Of a DNA stretch of 64,000 bases, positions 20,299 to 31,281 are shown one piece after another. The stretch is taken from positions 3,088-67,087 of the forward strand of contig JAIXPZ010000060.1 in NCBI GenBank assembly GCA_027486005.1, read 5' to 3'. Source of the DNA: Legionellales bacterium (GTDB lineage: Bacteria; Pseudomonadota; Gammaproteobacteria; JAGOUN01). How positions within the stretch are numbered: the first letter of the stretch is position 1; every line of letters begins with the position of its first letter. Made by a program: the position numbers and the translations under genes. The notes beneath the pieces are model-generated. The model was not told where the DNA came from and made no database searches. It saw only the letters and a list, made by a program, of their open reading frames with translations.

Positions 20299-20468
20299 AT
20301 CGACTCCTTCGGAAAAAACTCCATAGAAAAATTGGCTTACTAACCATAATCACGTGCAAGGTTACAACGAAAATTTTCAGAAGGCAAAGACTTCAAGAAT
20401 AAGGTTTTTTCTGGATAAAATGTAAACTAAACATTACACTACGCTTATGTTTATCCCCGAAGAATCTG

Positions 20469-21479
20469 ATGAAAAAAACATTAAGCGACATCCCTGTAGT
20501 GATGCAAAAAAGCCCCGCCATAGAGAGTGGGCAAAAATATCTTACTGAGCAAGGTTTTAGCGCAATCAAGGATGGCATCAAAATACGCGATCATTCTTCT
20601 GACCATGTTAAAAAACCAGGCTGGCTGAAAATTCGCCTGGCTTCAAGTCCAAAATATACTCAAGTGAAACAGCGCGTCCGCGATCTGAAACTCAGCACCG
20701 TTTGCGAAGAAGCAAAATGCCCGAATATTAGCGAATGCTGGAGCCATGGCACCGCAACCATTATGTTAATGGGCTCGGTTTGTACACGCGCCTGTCAGTT
20801 TTGCTCTGTGGACACCGGCAATCCCGGCGGATGGTTAGATAAAAACGAACCTCTCAACACGGCGACCACCGTTCAGGCGATGGAGCTGCAATATGTCGTG
20901 TTAACTTCCGTTGATCGCGATGACCTTCCCGATGGCGGCGCGCTACACTATGCGACCACCATTCAATGCATCAAAACGCTTTGTCCATCCACAAAAGTAG
21001 AAGCATTGACCAGCGATTTCCAAGGCAGCCACGCATCTGTTCAAACGATTTTAGACAGCGGAGTCGATGTTTACGCGCAAAACATGGAAACCGTCAAACG
21101 CCTCACTTATCCGGTGCGCGATCCACGCGCCAGTTATGAGCAAACCCTGTCGGTGCTTGCCTATGCCAAAAAATCAAAACCGGATGTCATCACTAAAACC
21201 AGCTTAATGTTAGGATTAGGAGAAACCGAAGAAGAAATTTTACAAACCATGGATGATCTTCGCGCGATTAATGTTGATGTCTTAACTCTTGGCCAATATT
21301 TACAACCAACCCGCAATCATTACCCTGTCGCGCGTTACGTTCCGCCAGAGGATTTCAAAAAATATCGCGAATGGGGATTAGCAAAAGGATTCCTGGAAGT
21401 CGCTTCTGGGCCGATGGTACGCTCAAGTTATCGTGCGGATCGGATTTTCGCGAAGGATAACTTAGGCATGGATGAATAA
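20469..21479 (+). CDS. lipA: Lipoyl synthase
   Basis: Contains [12 protein letters not shown] and the radical-SAM CTRACQFC cysteine clusters; 336 aa. Confidence 0.95.
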   Translation: MKKTLSDIPVVMQKSPAIESGQKYLTEQGFSAIKDGIKIRDHSSDHVKKPGWLKIRLASSPKYTQVKQRVRDLKLSTVCEEAKCPNISECWSHGTATIMLMGSVCTRACQFCSVDTGNPGGWLDKNEPLNTATTVQAMELQYVVLTSVDRDDLPDGGALHYATTIQCIKTLCPSTKVEALTSDFQGSHASVQTILDSGVDVYAQNMETVKRLTYPVRDPRASYEQTLSVLAYAKKSKPDVITKTSLMLGLGETEEEILQTMDDLRAINVDVLTLGQYLQPTRNHYPVARYVPPEDFKKYREWGLAKGFLEVASGPMVRSSYRADRIFAKDNLGMDE

Positions 21480-21495
21480 AAAATAAGGAGGCTAT

Positions 21496-21831
21496 ATGAA
21501 ACGACGAATCACAAGCCTCTTCATCGCCGCATACGCTTATGCTTTATGCGCGTATGGCACTAACTATTCTTGTGATATTCTCAAGGGAACAGAAAAAATT
21601 ATGACTCTTCCAGGCTCATTGCCTGACACTAACACCATAGGCCAATCCGTCAGTGGTCCGCCAATCGATCCTAATATTGCACTTTCTTATACCCTGTGCC
21701 AACAAGCGGGATTTAAGCTTATTAGTGTACAAACTTCCATTACGGGCATGAGGAGTTCGACTAGTGTGACAAAAATTCAGCAATACCCCAATCCTTTATG
21801 CACACTTAAATGTACTTCGATGCCACCATAA
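21496..21831 (+). CDS. Small secreted cysteine-rich protein of unknown function
   Basis: Strong RBS (AAGGAGG) 8 nt upstream, a signal peptide and 6 Cys. Confidence 0.4.
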   Translation: MKRRITSLFIAAYAYALCAYGTNYSCDILKGTEKIMTLPGSLPDTNTIGQSVSGPPIDPNIALSYTLCQQAGFKLISVQTSITGMRSSTSVTKIQQYPNPLCTLKCTSMPP

Positions 21832-21836
21832 AATTT

Positions 21837-23150
21837 TCAGCCTGGATTTTCCAGGCTTAAAACTCCAGAATTGAAATCATACGCAAATAATTCCGCATAT
21901 CGGCCCCAACCAATCATTACTGTCAGCACTCGCTCAGCTTCTTGTTCTGTAAAATACTCTTCAAGCTCTTTCAAAAAAATTTCTTCAGACAAACTATGTT
22001 TGCTTTCTTGATCTAAAAGATCGCAGATATGTTTCGCCAAAGGTATATAACGTAGAATATGTTTTGAAAATAATTTTTTTCTTTCCAACATATCTGCATT
22101 TGCAAATGTGATACCCTCAGGTGTCATAGTAATATCACCTTGTGAGACACGAGCAAAATTCAAAATTTCCAATACTTCTGTCAGCGGAAATAAATCATCA
22201 CCATCCAAAAATACTTTTTCGGAAAGCTCGGGTAAATCCATGCGGCCTTTATTTTCAGGCTCGTTTAATGTCTCTAAAATACCTGCAAGATCAGAAGTTT
22301 GCACATCCGGCAAACGATAACCCAAGCCAATGGCTCGAGGCTGCATACGTGCTGCGGCAAAACCTTTACCAAGTTCTCGTGTTGTCATCAAAGTATAAAT
22401 CTTATCAACAATTTGTCGAAACTCCTTAGATTGGCTATGACGTGGATGTGGAAGATCAACTGCAAGCTCCGCTTTAATGGTTCCAGGATTGTTGTGAAAA
22501 ATAATAATTCTATCCGCCATCTCCACTGCTTCATCAATATCATGCGTCACCAAAAGAATGCCGTTCAAGCGCGTTTTTTTGGTATACCAAAGATCCAGCA
22601 AGTCGCCGCGTAAATTTTCTGAGGTTAATACATCAAGCGCTGAAAATGGTTCATCCATCAATAAAATATCTGGATTAACCACCAGTGCGCGCGCAAACCC
22701 AACGCGTTGACGCATACCACCGGACAATTCTTTTGGAAACGCCGATTCAAATCCATCCAATCCAATGGTATCTATCGCACGCAATGCACGTTTGCGACGC
22801 TCATGAATACTAATCCCTTGCGCTTCTAACCCCAGCTCTACATTTTGCAATACGGTTAACCACGGCATCAACGCAAACGATTGAAACACCATCGAAATAC
22901 CTTGCACTGGCTCTGAAATTTTATGTCCGCGATAAAACACCTCACCCTCTGAAGGCTCAATTAATCCCGCCATAATACGTAACAGCGTTGATTTTCCACA
23001 GCCTGACTTTCCCAGCAACGCAACAATTTCACCTGGTTTAATTTCAAAATTAATATTCTCAATCACTTTTAGTGGTTGTTTTTTTCCTTTTTGAAAGGAT
23101 TTACTCACGTGTGAAACATGAATGATGCTGGAGACTTCGTGTTTATTCAT
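21837..23150 (-). CDS. ABC transporter ATP-binding protein (NitT/TauT-type) with a C-terminal extension domain
   Basis: Walker A GKSGCGKST, signature LSGGMRQRV and Walker B LLMDEPFSALD. There is a ~180-aa extra C-terminal domain. Confidence 0.85.
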   Translation of the reverse strand: MNKHEVSSIIHVSHVSKSFQKGKKQPLKVIENINFEIKPGEIVALLGKSGCGKSTLLRIMAGLIEPSEGEVFYRGHKISEPVQGISMVFQSFALMPWLTVLQNVELGLEAQGISIHERRKRALRAIDTIGLDGFESAFPKELSGGMRQRVGFARALVVNPDILLMDEPFSALDVLTSENLRGDLLDLWYTKKTRLNGILLVTHDIDEAVEMADRIIIFHNNPGTIKAELAVDLPHPRHSQSKEFRQIVDKIYTLMTTRELGKGFAAARMQPRAIGLGYRLPDVQTSDLAGILETLNEPENKGRMDLPELSEKVFLDGDDLFPLTEVLEILNFARVSQGDITMTPEGITFANADMLERKKLFSKHILRYIPLAKHICDLLDQESKHSLSEEIFLKELEEYFTEQEAERVLTVMIGWGRYAELFAYDFNSGVLSLENPG

Positions 23151-23155
23151 TTATT

Positions 23156-24898
23156 TTATTCCACATGAAACCGCTCTTCAGCCAAAGCATATAATGGCTT
23201 CCAAATTAATCGATTAATAATCACCACAAGAAGACACATCACCACAATACCTAACGCTTCTTGCGCGGGCTTGCCTGCTCGTGTCATTTCAGAAATATAG
23301 GCACCTAATCCAATTGCATGAAAAGTTTGTCCGCCCCAATTAAACACTTCAGCAACAATACTGGCATTCCAAGCACCACCAGCAGCAGCTACTGCTCCAG
23401 TAATGTAATACGGAAAAATTACTGGCAAAATCACCGCTCTCCATTTCAACCAGCCTCGCACTCGAAATAATTTTGCGGCCATCAATAATTCTTTTGGCAA
23501 AGTTGTCGTTCCCGCAATTACATTAAATAAAATATACCACTGCGTTCCAAGAATCATGAGTGGCGCCGTCCAAATCGTAATATTCGCATGATAATGCACA
23601 ATACTAATTACCACGATGGGGTAAAGTAAATTTGCGGGAAATGCCGCGAAAAACTGTGCAATCGGTTGAATAATAGCCGCTGCTTTTGGACGCAAGCCCA
23701 CCCAAACGCCAATCGGAATCCAAATCACAGAACAAATAATAATTAATACTAAAATTTTGATTGCGGTAACTAAACCAAGCCCGATAACCATAAACACTTC
23801 CTTTAAAGAAGTTTGTTGCGCAATAAATTTTACTAATAATCCTAACGCCATAAAAATAGCTAAATAAATCGCAACATGGCAAACCCAAGTGAGGACAAAT
23901 AATATTTTATTGCTTTTCTTAAGCACTGAGTTTGAAGAAAGCTCTCTTCGAGGTGCCAAGCGAATGTTAATAACAATATCACGCAATATTGCAAGAAAAT
24001 ATCCGATGCGTTCGAACCATTTTCCTTGACGAAACATATCTACAACCCATGACTCGGCCATATGATCATTCGGTTCTAGATCAGTTCTAAATTTTTCTGA
24101 CCACGCCATTAGCGGACGAAATAACAATTGATCGTAAAGCATGATCACACCCAACATCATTGCAATCGCGTAAAAAATTGCCTGCATATCTGAATGTTCA
24201 ATCGCCACTGCGATATACGACCCAATTCCTGGCAACATAATCGATTGATTGGCAACAGAAATAGCTTCTGATGCCACCACAAAAAACCATCCTGCAGACA
24301 TTGACAACATCATATTCCATAGCAAACTTGGAATTGTCATCGGAACCTCTACACGCCAAAAACGTTGCCACGCATTTAAATGAAATAATCGTGATGCATC
24401 TTTTAAATCACTCGGCACCATTTTTAATGATTGGTAAAAACCCAACAACATATTCCAGGCTTGTGACGTCACGATGGCAAAAATTGCCGCACATTCTGGC
24501 CCTAACATGCTTTTAGGAAAAAGGCCTATAAAGGTTGGAACACTAATGGATAGAAAACCTAAAATAGGCACAGATTGCAGGATATCGACAGTAGGAATAA
24601 TAATGCGTTCGGCATGACGACTTTTCGCCGCCCATGTACCAAAAATAAATGTAATCAATAGTGACACACCCATGGCAATGAACATGCGCATCACAGTTCT
24701 TAGAGCATAATCCGGAAGATACAAAGTCGACAAATGAATCGCAATCGGCTCACCTAAATCGAATGGGCTACTCATTTGCTTCGCGGCTATCGCCAGCACC
24801 ACAATAATCGCTAATACCACAACTAAAGCCGCTATATCCCAAAGATTGGGATACGCATGACGGTAGTTTGTAGCAAAAACGCTTTTTCTTAGGCGCAT
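23156..24898 (-). CDS. ABC transporter permease, fused duplicated transmembrane domains
   Basis: 580 aa with two tandem BPD-transporter-like halves. It is immediately upstream of the ATPase gene, and no substrate-binding protein gene is adjacent. Confidence 0.75.
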   Translation of the reverse strand: MRLRKSVFATNYRHAYPNLWDIAALVVVLAIIVVLAIAAKQMSSPFDLGEPIAIHLSTLYLPDYALRTVMRMFIAMGVSLLITFIFGTWAAKSRHAERIIIPTVDILQSVPILGFLSISVPTFIGLFPKSMLGPECAAIFAIVTSQAWNMLLGFYQSLKMVPSDLKDASRLFHLNAWQRFWRVEVPMTIPSLLWNMMLSMSAGWFFVVASEAISVANQSIMLPGIGSYIAVAIEHSDMQAIFYAIAMMLGVIMLYDQLLFRPLMAWSEKFRTDLEPNDHMAESWVVDMFRQGKWFERIGYFLAILRDIVINIRLAPRRELSSNSVLKKSNKILFVLTWVCHVAIYLAIFMALGLLVKFIAQQTSLKEVFMVIGLGLVTAIKILVLIIICSVIWIPIGVWVGLRPKAAAIIQPIAQFFAAFPANLLYPIVVISIVHYHANITIWTAPLMILGTQWYILFNVIAGTTTLPKELLMAAKLFRVRGWLKWRAVILPVIFPYYITGAVAAAGGAWNASIVAEVFNWGGQTFHAIGLGAYISEMTRAGKPAQEALGIVVMCLLVVIINRLIWKPLYALAEERFHVE

Positions 24899-25052
24899 GG
24901 GTCAATCTCAAATTCAATGATGTATTGTGCAGAGGTTGGTCTATTTTTTCACAGCTTTAGTGTCAGGTAAATAATTATTTTTAAGCCTAATCTTGCCTTA
25001 AGCTTAATGAAGGATACTATGCATATTCAATTCATAATAATAAAAAATACTC

Positions 25053-26897
25053 ATGCAGACAGTTGAGAACAATTCTCTGGAGCGATTATTATCCCCGCCT
25101 TCTGAACTCTCAAACAACAGCAAGAAACAACATTTAATTGTTGAACTTGAGCGCGCGAAAGAACTCCTTGAACAATTAAGTGGCAATCGTGATGAAAACA
25201 TTGCATCTCGAGAGAATAATTACATTGCTTGTGTCGGTTATTTTTTGTCTGCCTCAACTTCTCTATGGCTTGGCGGAGCTGCCTATTGTTTTTTTCAATA
25301 TAATTCCTCTAGCCACGGCATTTTTGATCTTGGAGTCCCCATAATCGCTGCAAAAATTTTTAGCGCATTTTTCACTGCAGGCGATTGGGTTAACAATAGC
25401 TTTGGCATTAGCCCAACAAATGACTCAGATAAATTAGCACTTTCTCATGTGGAGAGCGAACCAAGCCATATATTAGCAAAATTACGTTTGATTTCTAAAT
25501 ATATTGTAAACAACCCTGTAAACTTGGCGTTAATTGACATTCCTTTTTTTATTGCCTACTTCACTGGATCTTCGGCAAGTTTTTCTAGCATATTACCTTA
25601 TTTGTTACAGGCAAGTGGCCACCCCAAGTTTGGCACTTTGCCGTATTATAGTGTGATTGCCTTTGACTGTATTATCACGATTGCGCCCGGTTTAGTGTAT
25701 TATTATGCGTTCAATTCACGCCCCCTCGAAAAAACACAAACAGCATGGCAAGCGTTTAGAAGCAAACGCTGGGACGAATGCGACATCAATGTTTATCGAA
25801 TAGTTGAAGCACTTTGTGATAGCGCAGTTGTGATTTTTTATCGCTCAATATGGCTTGCTGGAATTTCGACAATATTTTTCGAAGCTTTAGAAATACCCAT
25901 TACGCCATCTCAAAAATTCTTTGCGACAATGGTTGTATTGCTTTGTGCGATGATCAATGTCACTCTGACGCGATGCGTTAACACCGCCGCTCCTTATTTT
26001 GACTATGATTTTGCCACTCTTTCAACGCAAGAAAAGAAAAATGCTCTAAACGACCTATCTTATAATGAACTTTATTGGAACTTAAATATTGTTTCAGGAT
26101 TAACGACTTCAGCGGGCATTGCCTTAATGACTTACTCGTCTATTTCAAAAAATAAAAATATTGCTTTACCTTTCGCTGTTGTATTGGGTTTATGTAAACT
26201 CTTTATTTCAATCATGGCACAACGTGACTTGGCCTCCTGTCAAAAAGCTTTACATAAAGATAGTAGTCACTCAAGCTCTCAAGTGCTAGCAGGAGATCGC
26301 AGGGAGATAGCAAAAAATGGTTTTGCCGCACTGGCCAATACCTTTAAAGAAGATGCGTGGATAGGGTGGTTTATTACCATTAGCACTTTGCTTGGTCGAG
26401 GAGCAAAACTGTCAGGTTTTGAGCACTTCACTGTATCTGTGTCAACTCTTGCTGAGATTGAATTATCATTTTTTGCGATGATTGCTCTGCTTCTTATTGT
26501 AGTGATAGCGAATGCACGCAATGAATTTAGAACCTACCGCCATATCATGAGCGAAATTATTTCTCAAAAAATTGCAGAGGCTTATGTCCAACATCATGCA
26601 GCGCCCGTTGATAGTGTGAATATACCTTTATTAGCTGACATCGAGTCCGCCGACAGCGAGTCCGCCGACAGCGAGTTCAACAGTGTGCAGACACCTTTAT
26701 CAGTCGGCAAGAAGTCGACCGACAGTGAGTGCGACGAAAGATTAGCTCCTAGTCGACCAGCTCAAACTGAGCCATTTAATTCAATTTGTGTTTTGTTTCC
26801 ATGGAAACTAACACTTTATTGCACAGGCATGATCGATACCACTCCTAACGAATTGGCGCGAGCAGTCGATGCAAGAATCCATGAGTTAACAACATGA
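25053..26897 (+). CDS. Polytopic membrane protein of unknown function with an acidic C-terminal tandem repeat
   Basis: 614 aa with ~10 hydrophobic segments, preceded by an AT-rich region. It contains a SADSE-encoding 15-nt repeat (26643..26672). No recognisable domain. Confidence 0.45.
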   Translation: MQTVENNSLERLLSPPSELSNNSKKQHLIVELERAKELLEQLSGNRDENIASRENNYIACVGYFLSASTSLWLGGAAYCFFQYNSSSHGIFDLGVPIIAAKIFSAFFTAGDWVNNSFGISPTNDSDKLALSHVESEPSHILAKLRLISKYIVNNPVNLALIDIPFFIAYFTGSSASFSSILPYLLQASGHPKFGTLPYYSVIAFDCIITIAPGLVYYYAFNSRPLEKTQTAWQAFRSKRWDECDINVYRIVEALCDSAVVIFYRSIWLAGISTIFFEALEIPITPSQKFFATMVVLLCAMINVTLTRCVNTAAPYFDYDFATLSTQEKKNALNDLSYNELYWNLNIVSGLTTSAGIALMTYSSISKNKNIALPFAVVLGLCKLFISIMAQRDLASCQKALHKDSSHSSSQVLAGDRREIAKNGFAALANTFKEDAWIGWFITISTLLGRGAKLSGFEHFTVSVSTLAEIELSFFAMIALLLIVVIANARNEFRTYRHIMSEIISQKIAEAYVQHHAAPVDSVNIPLLADIESADSESADSEFNSVQTPLSVGKKSTDSECDERLAPSRPAQTEPFNSICVLFPWKLTLYCTGMIDTTPNELARAVDARIHELTT

Positions 26898-26905
26898 TGG
26901 CAACT

Positions 26906-29152
26906 TTAAACTGCCGTCATGCTTTCAACCCGCTGAAATCCTTTCGGTAATTTGTTGCCTCTGCGGCCACGCTCGCCATGATAATGTTCGAGATCTTTTG
27001 GCTTTAACACTAATTTTCTTTTTCCAGAAAATAACTCTAATGATTGACCCGCATTAATAATTTGCATATCCGTCACAAACTCTTCACGTGCTTCAGCGCG
27101 TTTCGGATTAATACTAATCATTTTATTACCTTTGCCTTTGGAAAGCTCTGGCAATTCTTTTACAGGGAAAATTAACATACGTCCTTCATTCGTGATTAAC
27201 GCAATTAATGCAGAATCAAGATTCGACACAAGTTGCGGAACAAGTACTTGCGCAGCAAGTGGTAATTTTAATAACACTTTTCCAGCTTTGTTGCGTGAAT
27301 AAAGTTCTTGAAGTTTAACCATAAATCCATAACCGGCATCCGACGCAATAATATAATGTTGATTATCTGCGCCCATCATTGCTGCGATAAATGTCGCGCC
27401 GGCGGGTGGCGTAACATGCCCTGATAATGGCTCGCCTTGTCCACGCGCTGACGGCAATGTATTCGCCAGTAATGAATAGGCTCGCCCGGTACTATCTAAA
27501 AAAACCACTTGCTCTTGACTGCGCCCATAAACCGCAGATAAAAATGAATCACCCGATTTATAATTTAATACTTTGGGGTCAATTTCATGACCCTTGGCTT
27601 GGCGCACCCAGCCCATCTTCGATAAAATCACAGTCACCGGCTCTGAAGGCAACAAGTCAGTTTCTTTAATAATTTGCGCTTCTGCTCGCACAACTAATGC
27701 TGATTTTCGATTATCACCATATTTTTCTGCATCTTCTAACATTTCTTTTTTGATTAATGTCGTTAAACGCGCTTCTGATCCTAAGGTTTTCTCAAGCCCA
27801 TCACGCTCAGTCGCTAACTCATCTTGCTCGCCACGAATTTTCATTTCTTCAAGTTTTGCTAGATGACGTAATTTTAATTCTAAAATCGCTTCGGCTTGTA
27901 GATCTGATAAAGCAAAACGCTGGATTAAAATTGGCTTAGGCGTTTCTTCCTCACGAATAATTCGAATTACTTCGTCCAGATTAAGATACGCAATTAATAA
28001 TCCTTCTAACAAATGCAATTTTGCGAGCACTTTATCCAAGCGATATTGTAAACGTCGACGAACAGTGATTCTACGAAAAACCAACCACTCTTGAATAATT
28101 TCCAATAAATTTTTAACGCGTGGGCGGCCATCCAAACCAATCATATTTAAATTAATGCGGTAACTGCGCTCTAAATCGGTGGATGCAAATAAATGTGCCA
28201 TGACGCTATCAACATCAGTGCGATTTGATTTTGGAACAATCACCAAACGTGTTGGATTTTCATGATCTGATTCATCACGCAGATCTTCAATCATCGGTAA
28301 TTTTTTTGCGCGCATTTGTGCAGCAATTTGTTCTAATACTTTTGCGCCTGAAGTTTGATAGGGCAATGCAGTCACCACAATATCATTGTCTTCTCTAATA
28401 TAAGTTGCGCGCATTCTTAACGACCCACCACCTTTTCTATAAATTTCTGCAATTTCTGCGCGTGGCGTAATGATTTCTGCACGAGTGGGATAATCTGGCG
28501 CTGGGACATATTGCAAAACATCATCCAAAGTTGCTTTTGGTGTTTCTAAGACATGAACACACGCTGCAACTAACTCACGAATATTATGCGGTGGAATATC
28601 GGTTGCCATTCCCACGGCAATACCACTGCCACCATTTAATAAAATATTGGGCAATCGTGCCGGCAATTGCATCGGTTCATTCAATGTGCCATCAAAATTC
28701 GGCATCCAATCAGTGGTGCCTTGATCGAGTTCTTTTAATAACACGTCAGCATATTTAGAAAGCTTAGATTCCGTGTAACGCATCGCAGCAAAGGATTTTG
28801 GATCATCCGGCGAACCCCAGTTGCCTTGACCATCCACTAAAGGATGACGGTAGGAAAAATCCTGCGCCATCAGCACCATGGCTTCGTAACACGCACTGTC
28901 ACCATGCGGATGAAACTTACCCAAAACATCACCGACAGTACGCGCCGACTTTTTATGCTTAGCAATTGCACTCAATCCAAGCTCAGACATCGCATAAACA
29001 ATGCGTCGTTGCACAGGTTTTAGTCCATCGCCAATATGCGGCAACGCGCGATCTAAAATCACGTACATCGAGTAATCCAAATACGCTTTTTCGGTAAATT
29101 CATGTAAGGGTTGTTGTTCAACACCCTGAAGATTCATTAATGGTAAGGTCAT
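26906..29152 (-). CDS. parC: DNA topoisomerase IV subunit A
   Basis: 748 aa, collinear with E. coli ParC ([22 protein letters not shown]..., and the active-site region AAMRYTE). Confidence 0.93.
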   Translation of the reverse strand: MTLPLMNLQGVEQQPLHEFTEKAYLDYSMYVILDRALPHIGDGLKPVQRRIVYAMSELGLSAIAKHKKSARTVGDVLGKFHPHGDSACYEAMVLMAQDFSYRHPLVDGQGNWGSPDDPKSFAAMRYTESKLSKYADVLLKELDQGTTDWMPNFDGTLNEPMQLPARLPNILLNGGSGIAVGMATDIPPHNIRELVAACVHVLETPKATLDDVLQYVPAPDYPTRAEIITPRAEIAEIYRKGGGSLRMRATYIREDNDIVVTALPYQTSGAKVLEQIAAQMRAKKLPMIEDLRDESDHENPTRLVIVPKSNRTDVDSVMAHLFASTDLERSYRINLNMIGLDGRPRVKNLLEIIQEWLVFRRITVRRRLQYRLDKVLAKLHLLEGLLIAYLNLDEVIRIIREEETPKPILIQRFALSDLQAEAILELKLRHLAKLEEMKIRGEQDELATERDGLEKTLGSEARLTTLIKKEMLEDAEKYGDNRKSALVVRAEAQIIKETDLLPSEPVTVILSKMGWVRQAKGHEIDPKVLNYKSGDSFLSAVYGRSQEQVVFLDSTGRAYSLLANTLPSARGQGEPLSGHVTPPAGATFIAAMMGADNQHYIIASDAGYGFMVKLQELYSRNKAGKVLLKLPLAAQVLVPQLVSNLDSALIALITNEGRMLIFPVKELPELSKGKGNKMISINPKRAEAREEFVTDMQIINAGQSLELFSGKRKLVLKPKDLEHYHGERGRRGNKLPKGFQRVESMTAV

Positions 29153-29164
29153 TTTTTTCCTATT

Positions 29165-29551
29165 TTAAATCTTTTTTATAGGCCCAGGATACGCTGCAAC
29201 GAGCTTATCTTTGGTTAATAAAGTAATTCCTTCGACAGTTGCTTGTGAGATAAGTAATCGATCAAAAGGATCTTTATGTAATAATGGTAAACTATCAATC
29301 GAGACTACATGTTCACTCGTTATTCCCAACTCTTTATAACCTTCATCACATAATGCACGATGCAATACCCTTGCATCTACTTGAAAATTTTCACGCCCAA
29401 GACTGTTTTTGATTGCTATCTCCAAAAGACTCACAATACTGAAATAAATTTCATTGTCACTATCTTGAAGCAAGTCACAAACGGCACGAGACAAACGTTC
29501 TGGAGAATTCGCAACCCACAGTAACACATGTGTATCAAGCAAAAATCTCAT
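29165..29551 (-). CDS. vapC: VapC PIN-domain toxin
   Basis: 128 aa with LLDThVLLW and a C-terminal HKDPFDRLL motif. Paralog of 7232..7615. Confidence 0.85.
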   Translation of the reverse strand: MRFLLDTHVLLWVANSPERLSRAVCDLLQDSDNEIYFSIVSLLEIAIKNSLGRENFQVDARVLHRALCDEGYKELGITSEHVVSIDSLPLLHKDPFDRLLISQATVEGITLLTKDKLVAAYPGPIKKI

Positions 29552-29802
29552 TCTTCACCATGAAAAAGACGCTCAATCTCTCCCTGACTTATTGTATCAA
29601 AATCGTCAGGCACTTGCATTTGTCCTGCCATAAAACCAAGCTTACGCTTCTTTTTCTCAGGGGCTTCTAACCGCTCCACTTTAACCAAAGGTTTGCCGGC
29701 TTTTGCAATAATAAAAGGCTCACCCTTCACCGCCAAATCAATCAAGCGCGATAATTGTGTTTTTGCTTCATGAATATTAACCGTTTGCATAACGCGCCCC
29801 AC
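29548..29802 (-). CDS. Phd/YefM-type antitoxin
   Basis: 84 aa, overlaps vapC by 4 nt. Paralog of 6978..7235. Confidence 0.75.
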   Translation of the reverse strand: MGRVMQTVNIHEAKTQLSRLIDLAVKGEPFIIAKAGKPLVKVERLEAPEKKKRKLGFMAGQMQVPDDFDTISQGEIERLFHGEE

Positions 29803-29876
29803 ATATCAAACTAAGTTTATCAGACTTAGTTTACTTTATGGGCGCTAGAATTTCAATCCAACATATTCACTTCCTG

Positions 29877-31133
29877 TTATAAATTTAATACGGCATGTAC
29901 TAGAGGATCAACTATTTGATAGTAACCTTCTTCATTTTCATAAATATAATCCTTGTTTCTAAGTGCCGTCGCAGCTCTGGGTATGCTTCCAGGGACGATG
30001 GATAGGGCGTGACTAAACTCTTTAGAAAGCAACTCTTTTGTTTCTTTGTTTCGCGCAATAGCAAATAACAATTTTCTTTGGTTAACTGCCAATAAACTAA
30101 CCTCACCTTCTACGGACGTTCTGTTTTCCAATACGTAATTTTCCCATACGCTCAAAATTATCGTGTCTGATACGATCTCTTGAAAACTTAATAGGGTACA
30201 CAGTTTATTGACATAGTAAGGATGTCTTTGAGTAAGGCTGAATATGAGGTGAAGATCCTTATCGGATATAGAGGATCCCCATATTTCTTGAGAAACTGCT
30301 TGTATATATTTGATATAATGCTCGGGTTGAATACGTTTTAAGTAAATTGTGTGGCACAGTTTATAAAGCGGTCTTTTTCTATCTTGAAACATTTCTTTTA
30401 ACAAATAACGATTGCTACCTGAAAAAAGATAACAAACATGTTTGGATTCTTGCGCTGCATGACGAATAGCTGCCTCGATCCCATGATGACTTGTGGCTTC
30501 TGCAAGCGTTTGAAATTCATCCATGAATAGAACCAGTTTTTTTTGTTTCTTTACGGCAAGCTCTTCAAGCTTTTCCAGTGCTTCCGCAATAATATTAATG
30601 GGGCTTTTTTGTTTTTGTTCAAATTCAATTTCTATGCCAACCGTTTTAATGGCCGCGCGGATATGGAAGCTAGAAAAAAAATCTTTGGCTAGAGTTAAGA
30701 TTTTCTCTGGAGTATCTTCTATTTTACCTAATAGCCTGCCAATTCCATTAAGGATGGCGCTTGCGATGTCTTCTTCACTCAATTCTTTATAAAAATCGAT
30801 GTGTACATAGAGAAAATTGTTTTTATCTAAAACGTGAATGGCAAGACTTGTTTTTCCATAACGTCTCGGGGAAATCAAAAGCACAGGGCTGACGTTGTTG
30901 AGACAACGCAGTAGCTCTTCTTGTTCTTTTTCGCGATTACAGAAAGCCGCTCCAGCCGCTAGTTTTGTCGGAAAATAATCCACTTTTCTTGCTCCTATCT
31001 CTTGATTATACATATTGTATAATACAAAATGTATAACGTCAAATAGTCGAACAATCAGAGGCATATTATCATCTGGAACCTGCTGAAAAATCTCAAAAAT
31101 ATCGCTTTCACGATCACCTACTACGGTAATCAT
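29877..31133 (-). CDS. Arch_ATPase-family P-loop ATPase (ATPase_2 + DUF234-like C-terminal region)
   Basis: Walker A SPRRYGKTSL and Walker B LVLFMDEFQ. The characteristic RE(K/E)E...L lead-in (NREKEQEELLRCL) suggests the true start may be an internal Met (~31010). Confidence 0.55.
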   Translation of the reverse strand: MITVVGDRESDIFEIFQQVPDDNMPLIVRLFDVIHFVLYNMYNQEIGARKVDYFPTKLAAGAAFCNREKEQEELLRCLNNVSPVLLISPRRYGKTSLAIHVLDKNNFLYVHIDFYKELSEEDIASAILNGIGRLLGKIEDTPEKILTLAKDFFSSFHIRAAIKTVGIEIEFEQKQKSPINIIAEALEKLEELAVKKQKKLVLFMDEFQTLAEATSHHGIEAAIRHAAQESKHVCYLFSGSNRYLLKEMFQDRKRPLYKLCHTIYLKRIQPEHYIKYIQAVSQEIWGSSISDKDLHLIFSLTQRHPYYVNKLCTLLSFQEIVSDTIILSVWENYVLENRTSVEGEVSLLAVNQRKLLFAIARNKETKELLSKEFSHALSIVPGSIPRAATALRNKDYIYENEEGYYQIVDPLVHAVLNL

Positions 31134-31139
31134 TTGGAA

Positions 31140-31210
31140 ATTCCGATAAATTACTTTTTTTCTCTAACCATGTCTTTCAATAGCCAGCGCGTTTTTTGGC
31201 CAGCAACATT
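31140..31210 (-). repeat. Decayed ~70-nt duplicate of the parE 3' end (last 24 codons), a direct repeat of 32323..32393
   Basis: The minus-strand reading gives MLLAKKRAGY*KTWLEKKSNLSEF, compared with the authentic ParE C-terminus MLLAKKRAGDRKSWLEEKGNLSEL* at 32319..32393. That is ~80% nt identity over 70 nt. The two copies flank the Rpn gene. Confidence 0.65.
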
Positions 31211-31281
31211 GTCAGCGTTCAGAGCGTTATGAAATGTAAACATAGGCCGCAGTGGCGGGAGTCAAAAATCGATAAAATTTA

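Noticed and set aside
24899-25052. AT-rich 150-nt gap with partial repeats (ttaagcctaa...ttaagcttaa) upstream of the orphan membrane protein, considered as a small RNA or regulatory element
   Set aside because: It has only short imperfect repeats and no promoter-terminator pair defining an sRNA. It is more simply the promoter region of 25053..26897.
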